Positions 9,799-20,325 of a DNA stretch of 39,035 bases are shown piece by piece (the first letter of the stretch is position 1; each line of letters opens with the position of its first letter). Source of the stretch: an uncultured cyanobacterium (GTDB taxonomy: Bacteria; Cyanobacteriota; Cyanobacteriia; Cyanobacteriales; Microcystaceae); assembly GCA_963807635.1 (NCBI GenBank), contig CAWEDJ010000061.1, forward strand, positions 1-39,035, read 5' to 3'. The notes under the pieces were generated by a model, which ran no database searches, was not told the DNA's origin, and saw only the letters and a list, made by a program, of their open reading frames with translations. Both the position numbers and the translations under genes were made by a program.

Positions 9799-11200
9799 TT
9801 AGGAAGTTGGAATTAAATCTTTTTCAAGTACATAAGTAGGAAGGAAACGTTTACCCTGCATCACCATTTTTACGCCTCTAGTAGGAGCTAAAGTTACCCC
9901 CCGACGACGAGGTTTTTCTGGACGGGAATCTCCCAGAGTAAGTTGATAATGAGACATAATTGTTGCGAGTACCAATTTCATTTCAAATTGAGCTAATGCC
10001 TCGCCCAAACAACGCCGTGCGCCGCCGCCAAAAGGAATAAATTCGTAGGGAGAATATTGCCGTTCTAAAAAGCGATCGGGCTTAAATTCGGTGTGGTTGG
10101 GATAGAGGTCTTCTCGTTGGTGGGTGAGATACATTGCTCCCATAATCACCGTACCTGGCTTTAGGGTATAACCCAACATTTCCACCTCTTCTTCTACCTG
10201 ACGGGGAAAGGTCAACATCGCAACGGGATGAATCCGCATGGTTTCATTACAGACTGCGTTGAGATAGGGCAAACGATTAATCTTCATCCAGTCAGCTTGA
10301 GGGTCGAGGGAATCTAATTCTGCTAGTAATTGGGTTTTAGTATCAGGTTTGTAGTGCAACCAATATAACGCCCAAGCCATCACTGTTGCGGTGGTTTCAT
10401 GGCCCGCAAACAGGAGGGTCATCAGTTCATCCCGTAATTCCTGATCCGTCATAGGTTCGCCTGCTTCGTCCTTGGCTTCGAGTAACATACTCAAAATGTC
10501 GGTTCGGGTGGGGTCTGGATTAGCCCGTCGTTCGGCGATCGCGGCATAGAGTAATTGATTGAGTTCTTGACGTTGGCGAACAAATTTTCCCCAGGGACTC
10601 CACGGCCCCAGATCTTTTTGAAGGCTAGGAAAAAAGAGAAAAGATGAAGTCAGGGGAGAACGGAAAAGATCCGCCATTGCCGTTAATAGGGTTTTAATAC
10701 GACCCGAATTTTCTCCTTCCCGAAAGCCAAAAACGGTTTGAAAAATGACTTCGAGGGAAATCGTTTGCGTAATATCCCTGGCTAAAAAAGATTGTCCAGC
10801 AGGAATGGTTTGTAAGACTTTATGGGTAATATCAATTATCAAGTCCCCATAGGCTTTTAATCTTTCTCCATGAAAACTGGGCATAACCAATTGGCGGCGT
10901 TTTTTGTGTCGATCGCCTTCTATCATGATCACCGAGGCATCTCCCAATAGGGGTTTCAGGATCGCATTCATTGCTCCTGGGGTGGAAAATTGCTTGCGAT
11001 CGCTGGTCAATAATTGCTGTAGGGCGTGGGGATGGCTGGTCAAGATAACATCACCACTAGCCCCCCCAAATCCGAGAGAATTTGCCTGAAAAATATCGGG
11101 AAACTGAGCTTCAGCATTTTCTAAATAGCTAATGGGGTCAAAAATCCATTGTAGTCGTTGCAAAAAGCGGGAACCAGAAGGGCCGAAGAAGTTTTTTCAT
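9799..11200 (-). CDS. Cytochrome P450 (CYP110-like); apparent 1-bp frameshift near the start (~11190)
   Basis: AGHETTA I-helix, ETMR, PDRF, and heme motif FGGGARRCLG. Confidence 0.92.
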
Positions 11201-11237
11201 GATGCCAGTCAAAACGTTATTGTTTTTAGGTTAACAA

Positions 11238-12215
11238 TTATTGAGGGATCATTAAACCTTTAGAAGCCAACCAGTCAGAATTATAAAGACGGGACTGATA
11301 ACGCGCTCCTCCATCACAAAGGATTGTCACAATCGTGTGGCCTGGCCTAATTTCTTGGCCAATGCGATCGCGGCCCCCACATTAATGCCCACCGATCCGC
11401 CTAAAAACAGACCATCTTTTCGTAATAGTTGATAGACCACTCGTAAAGCTTCAGAATCATCAATCTGAATCGCGTCATCAATGGGAACATTTTCCATATT
11501 GGCCGTAATCCGACTATTACCAATCCCCTCGGTGATAGAATTTCCCTCAATTTTGACTTCCCCCGTTTTGATATAGCTATAAAGCCCGCTCCCCATCGGA
11601 TCAGCCACCACACATTGAATATTAGGATTTTTTTCCTTAAAAAATAAAGCCGCGCCCGCGTAGGTTCCCCCCGTCCCCGTTGATGCCACCCAGACATCAA
11701 TTTTTCCATCGGTTTGTTGCCAAATTTCGGGGGCTGTGGTTTTGTAGTGGGCTTCGCGATTTGCTAGATTATCAAACTGATTAGCCCAAATCGCATTTTC
11801 CGTTTTCTTCCGCGATACGGCCCGAAAGTTTGACATAATTATTGGGATCACGGTAGGGAACAGCAGGAACGGTACGCACTTCTGCCCCCAAGGTGCGTAA
11901 GAGGTCAATTTTTTCCTGGGATTGGGTATCAGGAATGATGATCAAACATTTATAACCCTTCGCATTGCAAATATGAGCCAAGCCGATCCCCGTATTGCCC
12001 GCAGTCCCTTCTACCACCGTGCCGCCTGGCTTGAGTAAACCTTTTCTTTCTGCATCTTCAATAATTTCTAGGGCGGCGCGATCTTTCACCGAGCCGCCAG
12101 GGTTCAAAAATTCTGCTTTGCCTAAAATTTCACAACCTGTTTCGTCACTAAAACTGTTTAAACGAATCAGGGGGGTATTTCCAATGGTTCCAACAAAGCC
12201 GTTTTTGATATCCAT
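11238..12215 (-). CDS. cysK: Cysteine synthase (PLP-dependent O-acetylserine thiol-lyase family); frameshifts at ~11803 and ~11345
   Basis: [39 protein letters not shown], and C-terminal [15 protein letters not shown]. Confidence 0.85.
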
Positions 12216-12432
12216 TCCTGTTTAGGTTTTTCTAGATTGTAAGTAAATATTTTATATCATTCCTGTCTTATTTTGGATAGCAAACCCAATGGATTAGGAT
12301 AGGCATCTAAATTATTTTGTACTCAATAATATTTTCCTGATAAGAAATTGTTGTTTTTCCAATGACATTCTTAGAGCAGAATAAATAAGGCTCATATCGA
12401 TATTTTTTGATTATCACCTATTCCTTCCTGAT

Positions 12433-13728
12433 CTATTCATTAATGACTAACTCTCCCTGTAGGAAATCAACAAATTGTCGCGCCGTCGGTCATAGTGGCC
12501 ATTGTGTTGGGTCGCCCATTGTTTGGCTCGAAAATCTAAATCTTCTATGCTCAGAGTAATTCCTGCTCTGCTTGCCAGATGATGCACGATTTCTAAATAG
12601 GTGTCTTGATTGGCGGGTTCAAAGGTGAGCGTTAAGCCAAAGCGATCGCTGAACGATAATTTTTCTTGTACCGTATCCCAAGCGTGAACTTCATCAGCTT
12701 CTAAAGGGACGGGGGCGATCGGCAAAAAATTCACGGATTAAATGTCGTCGATTTGAAGTTGCGTAAACTACCACATTTCGCGCTCTGGCTGTTACACTCC
12801 CCTCTAGGACAACTTTTAAGGATTTAAAAGAATCATCATCCTCTTCAAAGGATAAATCATCGACAAACAGAATAAATTTCTGAGGTAAATCTCTCAGTTT
12901 TTCTAAAATAATCGGTAAATCTTTTAAGTCTGATTTTCCAACTTCAATTAATCGTAAACCCTGGGAGAATATTCATTTAATAACCCCTTAATTAAAGAAG
13001 ATTTCCCACTCCCCCGACTTCCATACAACAAGACATTAAGGGCGGGATAACCCTTTAAAAGAAATTCGGTATTTTGGACAAGAGATAATTTTACTTTTTC
13101 ATAGCCGACTAATTCTGATAAATGGATCAGATCAGGGTGAGCAATACCAGTTAGTTGGTGATCTTGCCATTGGAAAGCTTTATAAGTCCCGAAGATGCCT
13201 ACCCCATTCTGTTGATAAAACTTGGCTAATTCTGAAATATTTTCTGACCAATCCGTTGGACAATCTAGGAAAAAATCCTGTTTATTTTCCATCTCCCAGG
13301 GAAGAACACTCGCTAGGGTTTGGCAGGCAATTTCTACCCATTGAATGATTTGTTTGGCGGGGCAGAAATAAATATTTTGTAAAATTTGCAGATCATGTTC
13401 TGCGGCCCTAATCAGAGTAGGAGGCAATTGGTCAAAGGCAGTTACTTGGGGCCTGCTGACTAAAGGTATTATCCGCCAAAAGAATCTGCTCCACAATAAA
13501 GTCTTGCCAACTTTGGTTTGTTTTCGTTAAGAGTTTAAACCAACGGCTATAGGCTTTTAGACAACTTACTGAGGTGATAGATTGCTCACTATCTTTATAA
13601 TGTAGGGTTTGTAAAAGATTAATAAAAGCTTGACCCACTTCATTCTCAAAGACGGATTGGTAGAGGAGTAAAGCGGCCACTTGATGATAAAGAATCCGAC
13701 TAGACGTAATAGTAAGTAAGGTATTCAT
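12433..13728 (-). CDS. DUF815-family AAA+ ATP-binding protein, split by several frameshifts
   Basis: Walker A LLYGSRGSGKSS; LFVDDLSFEEDD, YATSNRRHL and EKLSFSDRFGL recovered across frames. Confidence 0.85.
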
Positions 13729-13789
13729 AACAAGATTTAAAATAGTAATTTTTAGGGTTTTTCCAAATATTTAAAAAAATTATACCATA

Positions 13790-14631
13790 CTAGGATATTA
13801 ATTTTCGAGAAGGATTTAATCCTAATAATTTCATTCCTCTACTTATTAGAAAGCTGACAAAATAAGCCATCCCTGCGACGAGAATAATGGTTGCTCCAGA
13901 GGTTAAGTTTAAGCAGTAGGAAAGCCATAAACCCGTTGTAGTAAAAATCATTCCTAACAAACTGGCAACAGCCATTATATTTTTCTCATATCCTTAATCC
14001 ATTGACTACTAATCGCCGCAGGAATGGTCAGCAGGGCAATGACCATAATCAGTCCCACGACTTTCATCATCATTCCCACCGTTAAGGCGATCGCGGCCAT
14101 TAGGAGTAAATAAATCAGTTCAACGGGAAGATTCCGAATGGTCGCAAAGGTTTCATCAAAGGAAATAGCCAGTAATTCCTTATAAAAGATGATAACAAAC
14201 CCTAAAATCAATCCATCAATTAATAGCATTCCCCAGAGATCTGCGCTAGGAACAGCTAAAATACTGCCAAATAAATAACTCATTAAATCGGCTTTATAAC
14301 CAGGAGTCAGATCAATAAAAATAATGCCGATCGCCATCCCCATTGCCCACATCACCCCAATTAACGTATCCGCCCTTTCCCTGAGCCGTCGTTGCAACAT
14401 CCCCATTCCCATCGCAGAAAAAATACTAAATAAAATAGCTCCTAAAACAGGATTAAACCGAAAAAAGTAACTAATTCCAATTCCACCATAGGCCGCATGG
14501 GCAATCCCGCCACTAATAAAAACAATTCGATTAACCACCACCAAAGTTCCAATAATGCCGCAACTAATACTCACTAATACCCCCGCAAGTAAGGCATTTC
14601 GCATAAAATCAAATTGTAGGGCTTCTAACAT
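13790..14631 (-). CDS. Zn/Mn ABC transporter permease (ZnuB/MntB family); break at ~13976
   Basis: FMRNALLAGVLVS..GGIAHAAYGG..SYLFGSIL..KELLAISFDETFA..ALLTIPAA; continues in 13790-13975 (SGATIIL). Confidence 0.88.
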
Positions 14632-14885
14632 AAAAATTGAGTTTTAGAATGGACAATATTGCTGTTAACTGTAAAAAAAAGCTGGTCGTATTGTAGGACT
14701 TTAACGGTTTCTTTTTTATTCTCAAACTGCTAAACTGTTAATTATCTAAAACCCATCCAATCAAGGAACTTAAACCCCTGGTTACAAAGCTTTTAGCAAA
14801 ATCGTTATACAATCTCAATTCGTGACAGCTTATCAGACTTGCTATAGTAAACAATAGCATTTATTTTAGACACAATTAATTTATC

Positions 14886-15431
14886 GTGAATACCCCCGCC
14901 CTAACCTCCACCTTCATTTTTACGCTCCTATCCCTCATTGGTCTGGTCTTTTTTATCCGTGCCTCCGTCAAAGAAAGGATTCAGACTCTCCAATTTATTG
15001 CCGATTCTCCCGAAGATTCCCTATTAAACCAACTACAAAGCCATTTTCTGGAGCGAGCCTATCAAATTAGTTCCGTTGATGCAGAAGAAAAAGAAATTAT
15101 TTTCCAAGGATTTGTTCGTCCTAGTAAATTTATGGCAATTTTTCTGACTCTGTTGGCAATTTTGGGACTGTTTTGCTTAATTTTAGTTTTATCCTTTATC
15201 TATCCTTCCCTGAGTCTGGGATTTTTTGGCTTGGTCTTAATCGCGCCGATCGCAGGACTGTTCTACTGGAACAAAGCAGGAAGAATGGAAAAAATATGCC
15301 TGAAAATCGCTCCTTCTCCCATGAATAAGCCTGAAACATCTCGTTTAATCAGTGTCACAGCCCATCGAGATGAATTAAGTGAGCTAAAGCGTTCCTTTAA
15401 TCTGGATTGGATTACGGGGGCAGACCATTAA
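14886..15431 (+). CDS. Cofactor assembly of complex C subunit B (CCB1/DUF3529-like) membrane protein
   Basis: STF..TLL..IGL.FFIRASVK.R, F.G.VRPS...A.FLT, FYW.KAGR.E, AHRDEL. Confidence 0.75.
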   Translation: MNTPALTSTFIFTLLSLIGLVFFIRASVKERIQTLQFIADSPEDSLLNQLQSHFLERAYQISSVDAEEKEIIFQGFVRPSKFMAIFLTLLAILGLFCLILVLSFIYPSLSLGFFGLVLIAPIAGLFYWNKAGRMEKICLKIAPSPMNKPETSRLISVTAHRDELSELKRSFNLDWITGADH

Positions 15432-15612
15432 TTTTTTGAATTCGCGATCGCTATTTGCAGGATGGACATCACTGTATAGGATAATAGGAACATCATCCCA
15501 CAATAATTTACGAAATTTGTTTTTATAATTTACAATAAATAGACATATTTATGACCAATAAAGTCCTCAAAATCTACCCTTTCTAATTTCTAGGAAGAAA
15601 ACTGAGAAACGG

Positions 15613-17169
15613 ATGGAAGCAATCCAGGAAATACGATTCAAGTTTATTGATTTACTAAGAACAACAATTGAATTTACAGAAATTTTACAGTGGGAGCTTT
15701 TGCCTAACCACTGCTTTAGTACTCAAATTTTAAGTCAAGCTCCTGCTTCCATTCCCAACTCTTTAACCCTCTGTCAAAAATTAGTGGAACAAGAACATCA
15801 ATTTTTGAGCCAGGGAATCAAAATGTTTTCCAGCCCAGAGGCTAAGACTTTAACCTTCTGCTCAGACAAAGACTCGACTGTCGTTAAAAACTATCCGCTA
15901 CTTTTAGTGCCTAGTTATTACGAATCGGTTTATTCGGGCGGTTTTTTATTAGTCAATCCTCATGATGAATGGATTGAATCAAAAGTTCTCCTTATTCAGA
16001 AAATAGTTGATCAGTATGCCTGTGTTCAATATTGGATGAATCAATCGTCTAACTCTTCCTTTTCTTCCGTTCGTCAACCGTCTTTAACTATCGTTGAAAT
16101 ATTATCAGAAGCTCTGGATAACTATACTCAACCAAAACAATCTTTAGAAACAAGTTTAAGATTAATTGGCAAACATTTTAGGGCGGAAACTGTAAGCTTA
16201 CAAAATTTTCTAGATAATGAAGCTCAAATTATCTATCAATATAATCAAAGTCAAAATATAAAAATTAATTCATTACTAAAAATACCTATTTCTTGGCATT
16301 CACCACTAAAAACAGAATTAGTTTTACAAACATCAGAAGTCAATCGCATATTTAACGCCGATGAAATTTATGCTTTGGAGAAGATTAGTCAATATCTTAG
16401 TGTCTTGGGGCAACAAATTGAATTTAGTCAAAAAATTGAAGAGCTCCAAACTAAAAATGAATCCCTGCAAATGACCAATCAAAATAAAAGTGAATTTCTC
16501 TCCCATATTAATCATGAGTTACGGACTCCTTTAACGGGAATTTTAGGTTTTTCTAGAATGTTGGTTGAAGAAATTTATGGCCCTTTGAATGATAAGCAAA
16601 AACAGTATATGAAGGGAATTGTTAGTTCGGGAGAACATTTAATGTCCTTAATTAATGATTTTTTAGATATTTCCAAAATAGAAGCTAATCGAGAAGAATT
16701 ATTTTTAGAAAGAATTGCGGTAGAAGATGTCTGTTTGTCTGCTTTGTCTATGCTAAAAACTCGTGCAAAGGAACAAAATCTTGAATTAAAGTTAGAAATT
16801 GGCCCTAATGTTGAAATGTGCATAGCAGATCAAAGGCGATTAAAACAAATTTTATTAAACCTATTATCCAATGCGATTAAATTTACAGAGATAGGTTCTG
16901 TTACCTTGAAAGTAGAGTATGCTCAGGATGAATTAATCTTTTCTGTGATCGATACAGGTATTGGGATTAAGCCCTCCGATCAAGCCCAATTATTCCAACC
17001 TTTTCAACAAATTCATAGCCATTTGAGCCGAAAACACAAGGGAACAGGTTTAGGGCTGGCCCTATCTCGCAAGTTAGCCCAACTTCATGGGGGCGATCTA
17101 ACATTAACTTCAGAAATCGGAAAGGGGAGTTGCTTTACGCTCAATTTACCTTTTCAATGTCGGTTATAA
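15613..17169 (+). CDS. Soluble sensor histidine kinase (HisKA + HATPase_c) with a degenerate GAF-like N-terminus
   Basis: H-box SHINHELRTPL, N-box QILLNLLSNAIKFT, G1 DTGIGI, G2 GTGLGLAL. Confidence 0.92.
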   Translation: MEAIQEIRFKFIDLLRTTIEFTEILQWELLPNHCFSTQILSQAPASIPNSLTLCQKLVEQEHQFLSQGIKMFSSPEAKTLTFCSDKDSTVVKNYPLLLVPSYYESVYSGGFLLVNPHDEWIESKVLLIQKIVDQYACVQYWMNQSSNSSFSSVRQPSLTIVEILSEALDNYTQPKQSLETSLRLIGKHFRAETVSLQNFLDNEAQIIYQYNQSQNIKINSLLKIPISWHSPLKTELVLQTSEVNRIFNADEIYALEKISQYLSVLGQQIEFSQKIEELQTKNESLQMTNQNKSEFLSHINHELRTPLTGILGFSRMLVEEIYGPLNDKQKQYMKGIVSSGEHLMSLINDFLDISKIEANREELFLERIAVEDVCLSALSMLKTRAKEQNLELKLEIGPNVEMCIADQRRLKQILLNLLSNAIKFTEIGSVTLKVEYAQDELIFSVIDTGIGIKPSDQAQLFQPFQQIHSHLSRKHKGTGLGLALSRKLAQLHGGDLTLTSEIGKGSCFTLNLPFQCRL

Positions 17170-17178
17170 TGGGAATAC

Positions 17179-17306
17179 GTTACACCAAATTAAATAGAGA
17201 ATGTTGCATTAGCCGATCCCCCCGCCTTCGGCTTCCTCCCTTATCAAGGGGGGCTAGGGGAGATCTCATAGATACTTACATCTGCCCTTTATTAAATTGG
17301 TATGAC
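17179..17306. repeat. Dispersed cyanobacterial palindromic/MITE-like element
   Basis: Internal GC-rich hairpin GATCCCCCC...CCCTTATCAAGGGGGGCTAGGGGAGATC; imperfect terminal inverted repeats (13/19); degenerate copy at ~33365-33394. Confidence 0.5.
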
Positions 17307-17336
17307 TAGGAATTATTAATAATTACTGACAACATA

Positions 17337-18173
17337 ATGTTACAGGAAAAATATCAACAACTTCAGGCAATTTTTAAGGAAATGGATAGGACACTAATTG
17401 CCTATTCTGGCGGAGTAGATAGTGCTTTAATTGCTAAGGTTGCCCAGGATGTTTTAGGCGATCGCGCTTTGGCGATTACAGCAATTTCTCCCTCATTGTT
17501 GCCCGAAGAATTAGTAGAAGCCGAGGAACAAGCGGCAAGCATGGGGATTTCCCATGAAATTGTCGAAACCCAGGAAATGGAGAATCCCAACTATACGTCT
17601 AATCCGATTAATCGCTGTTATTTCTGTAAAAGTGAACTCCACGACACCCTTAAACCGTTGGCCATTGAACGGGGTTATCCCTACGTGGTGGATGGCGTAA
17701 ATGCTGATGATCTCAGGGATTATCGTCCTGGTATTCAGGCGGCCAAGGAAAGAGGAGTGCGATCGCCGTTGGCTGAAGTGGGTTTTAGTAAAGCAGAAGT
17801 GCGAGAATTATCGAAACAGTTGGGATTGTCTTGGTGGGATAAACCCGCCCAACCCTGTCTGAGTTCTCGTTTTCCCTACGGTGAAGAAATTACCTTAGAA
17901 AAATTACAACGAGTGGGGAGAGCAGAAATTTATCTTCGTAAATTGGGTTATCGCAATCTGAGAGTGCGTTCCGAGGGAGAAACAGCCAGAATTGAGTTAC
18001 CATCCGAAAAAATTCAGGAATTTGTCATGAATACGGATTTATCTCAGGTAGTTAAAGCTTTTCATGGCTATGGTTTTAGCTATGTCACTTTGGATTTAGA
18101 GGGTTATCGTTCAGGCAAATTAAATCAAGTTTTGGGGTCTTTGGCTATTTCTGTTACTGAAACAGTGGGCTAA
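17337..18173 (+). CDS. larE: ATP-dependent sulfur transferase LarE family (PP-loop, TIGR00268-like)
   Basis: PP-loop AYSGGVDS, RCYFCK, DD..DYRPG, K.EVRE, PCLSSRFPYG. Confidence 0.88.
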   Translation: MLQEKYQQLQAIFKEMDRTLIAYSGGVDSALIAKVAQDVLGDRALAITAISPSLLPEELVEAEEQAASMGISHEIVETQEMENPNYTSNPINRCYFCKSELHDTLKPLAIERGYPYVVDGVNADDLRDYRPGIQAAKERGVRSPLAEVGFSKAEVRELSKQLGLSWWDKPAQPCLSSRFPYGEEITLEKLQRVGRAEIYLRKLGYRNLRVRSEGETARIELPSEKIQEFVMNTDLSQVVKAFHGYGFSYVTLDLEGYRSGKLNQVLGSLAISVTETVG

Positions 18174-18177
18174 AAAT

Positions 18178-19044
18178 TCAGGAAATCGGCGATCGCGTGA
18201 CTTTATTTAAAAACTCAGCCACTATTGGATTAAATTCCGTTGGGTTCACTAAAAAAGACCAATGATTTCCCTCCATTTGTTGAATTTCGAGATTTTGCAA
18301 ATACTGTTGATAGGGTTTTAACTGCCATGCCAGCCGATTTACGCCCTGACTGGGTTTAATCAATAAACTGGGAATGTCTAACTTTTTCGTCAAACCCGCG
18401 ATCGCCATTACCTCATCAAAGATCTCATTCCTCGCTTGGATCACAAATTTACTGCTCCAGGTTCCATCAGCTTTTTCTTCCACTGCACCTTGAAAAATTT
18501 CCTGTTGTAAAGCAGTCCAGCCTTGATATTCGGGTAACTGTTGAGCTTTTTCGGCGATCGCGTCGTAACTGGGGAAAGATTGAGTTAATTTTAAAAAAGA
18601 AAGCACACGGTAAAGAATGGGAAAAGTCAACTTAAAAATATCAGGAATTTTCCCGATAAAAAAGGGATCAACTAACGTTAAACTGCGAAACTTTTCAGGA
18701 TGTTTAGTTGCCCAAAGACAAGCTAATTTTGCTCCCCAGGAATGACCGATAACGTGACAAGATTCCCAATTTAATTCAATCATTAATTGCTCTAAATCTT
18801 CAATATAATCTGCAAAAGAATAGCCGCTTTCAGGCTTCTCACTCTCTCCATGTCCCCGCAAATCAGGGGCAATAATCTGATAATCAGAGGCTAAATAATC
18901 CCCTAAACTTGACCAGACTAAACTGTGATCCGCTAAACCATGTAAGAGGAGTAAAGGCGTTTTCCCTTCATTCCATTCCTGATAACAGAGTTTGATATCA
19001 TTAAGGAATACTTCGCGATGAATTGGTAGTAATTTTCCCATCAT
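18178..19044 (-). CDS. Alpha/beta fold hydrolase
   Basis: LLLLHGL, APDLRGHGES, nucleophile GHSWG, C-terminal GNHW. Confidence 0.92.
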   Translation of the reverse strand: MMGKLLPIHREVFLNDIKLCYQEWNEGKTPLLLLHGLADHSLVWSSLGDYLASDYQIIAPDLRGHGESEKPESGYSFADYIEDLEQLMIELNWESCHVIGHSWGAKLACLWATKHPEKFRSLTLVDPFFIGKIPDIFKLTFPILYRVLSFLKLTQSFPSYDAIAEKAQQLPEYQGWTALQQEIFQGAVEEKADGTWSSKFVIQARNEIFDEVMAIAGLTKKLDIPSLLIKPSQGVNRLAWQLKPYQQYLQNLEIQQMEGNHWSFLVNPTEFNPIVAEFLNKVTRSPIS

Positions 19045-19098
19045 TTACCTTCATTAATTACATACAAAAAATTGCGTTGTGATCACGAACAAATTTTT

Positions 19099-19127
19099 GT
19101 AGGGACATAATACTATTATGTCCCTAC
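19099..19127. repeat. GTAG-type REP-like perfect palindrome
   Basis: GTAGGGACATAATA-C-TATTATGTCCCTAC, a perfect 14-bp inverted repeat. Confidence 0.7.
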
Positions 19128-19305
19128 CTTTTACGGGATATAAGCCCAAACTGCTATAAAAATTAGTTAAACGTGTCAAGCAGACTTGATTTTGATCTTC
19201 CCGATCATCACAAAATTGGTGAAACAAAGCTATTTATGTCATAATAAATCAATAGGAACCAACATTTTCTTTAAAAATCAGTCAATTCAAAGAGAAAGCT
19301 CCCCC

Positions 19306-19671
19306 ATGACAAGGACTATCGAAACCGACTTAAAAGAAATACTCGGTAAACTTGATAATCATCTAGAGCGGATTGATAATCGACTCAGTAACCTAGAATT
19401 AAATCAAATAGAAATCAAAGGTGAAATTAAAATTCTTGATGAAAAACTATCAGGGCAAATAAATGCTCTTGATGAAAAATTATCTGGGCAAGTTAATGCT
19501 CTAGATAAAAAATTGTCAGGTCAAGTCAATGCTCTAGATGAAAAATTATCTGAACAAATTAGTACCTTAGATGAAAAAGTCATTGGTATTCATAAAAGAC
19601 TCGATAATTCGCTGGTGTCGTTAAATTATTTGGCTTTTTTCCAAACCCCTAATTTTAATCATAATGAATAA
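19306..19671 (+). CDS. Coiled-coil protein with 11-residue tandem repeats; C-terminal membrane anchor apparently frameshifted
   Basis: MTRTIETDLKEIL start; four 33-bp repeats (LDEKLSGQVNA-like); alternative-frame tail FAGVVKLFGFFPNP* at 19608-19652. Confidence 0.7.
   Translation: MTRTIETDLKEILGKLDNHLERIDNRLSNLELNQIEIKGEIKILDEKLSGQINALDEKLSGQVNALDKKLSGQVNALDEKLSEQISTLDEKVIGIHKRLDNSLVSLNYLAFFQTPNFNHNE
19435..19578 (+). repeat. 33-bp coding tandem repeat (4 full units plus a partial)
   Basis: Units begin at 19435, 19468, 19501, 19534 and 19567. Confidence 0.9.
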
Positions 19672-20278
19672 ACCGCTTATTTTAGGCGTTAGTGGAGCTT
19701 CTGGGTTAATTTATGCCGTCCGCGCCCTCAAATTTTTGTTAGAGGCAGATTACTCAGTGGAATTAGTGGCATCTAAGGCGACCTATCAAGTCTGGCAAGC
19801 CGAACAATCGATCCGAATGCCGCCTGAACCCGATCAACAGGAAATTTTTTGGCGTGAACAAGCAGGCGTTTTAAGTCCAGGTAAGCTTCGTTGTCATCGT
19901 TGGGGAGATGTGGGAGCCGCGATCGCCAGTGGTTCCTTTCGGACAAGGGGCATGATTATTATTCCCTGTAGTATGAGTACGGTGGCGAAATTGGCGGCGG
20001 GTTTAAGCTCAGACCTCTTGGAGCGGGCGGCAGATGTCCAACTAAAAGAAGGTCGTCCTTTGGTGATTGTGCCTCGCGAAACGCCCTTGAGTGTGATTCA
20101 TCTCCGCAATTTAACGACGCTCGCAGAAGCTAATGTGAGAATTGTACCCGCGATTCCTGCCTGGTATCACAATCCCCAAACCATTGAAGATTTAGTGGAT
20201 TTTGTGGTTGCTCGTACCCTCGATCAGTTAGAGATTGATTGTGTGCCGATTAATCGTTGGCAAGGCGATCGCCCTTAA
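19664..20278 (+). CDS. ubiX: Flavin prenyltransferase UbiX
   Basis: LGVSGASG, IASGS, PCSMSTVAK, RAADVQLKEGRPLVIVPRETP, PAWYHNPQTIEDLVDFVVAR. Confidence 0.95.
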   Translation: MNKPLILGVSGASGLIYAVRALKFLLEADYSVELVASKATYQVWQAEQSIRMPPEPDQQEIFWREQAGVLSPGKLRCHRWGDVGAAIASGSFRTRGMIIIPCSMSTVAKLAAGLSSDLLERAADVQLKEGRPLVIVPRETPLSVIHLRNLTTLAEANVRIVPAIPAWYHNPQTIEDLVDFVVARTLDQLEIDCVPINRWQGDRP

Positions 20279-20325
20279 ATTTTTTAGTTAGCAGAAAGCG
20301 ATCGCATCTCTGAATTTAAAGAAAA

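Noticed and set aside
11238..14631. Block of true pseudogenes (cysK, DUF815 ATPase, permease)
   Set aside because: The proteins are otherwise well conserved and the breaks are tiny indels at error-prone motifs; sequencing error is more parsimonious, though unproven without reads.
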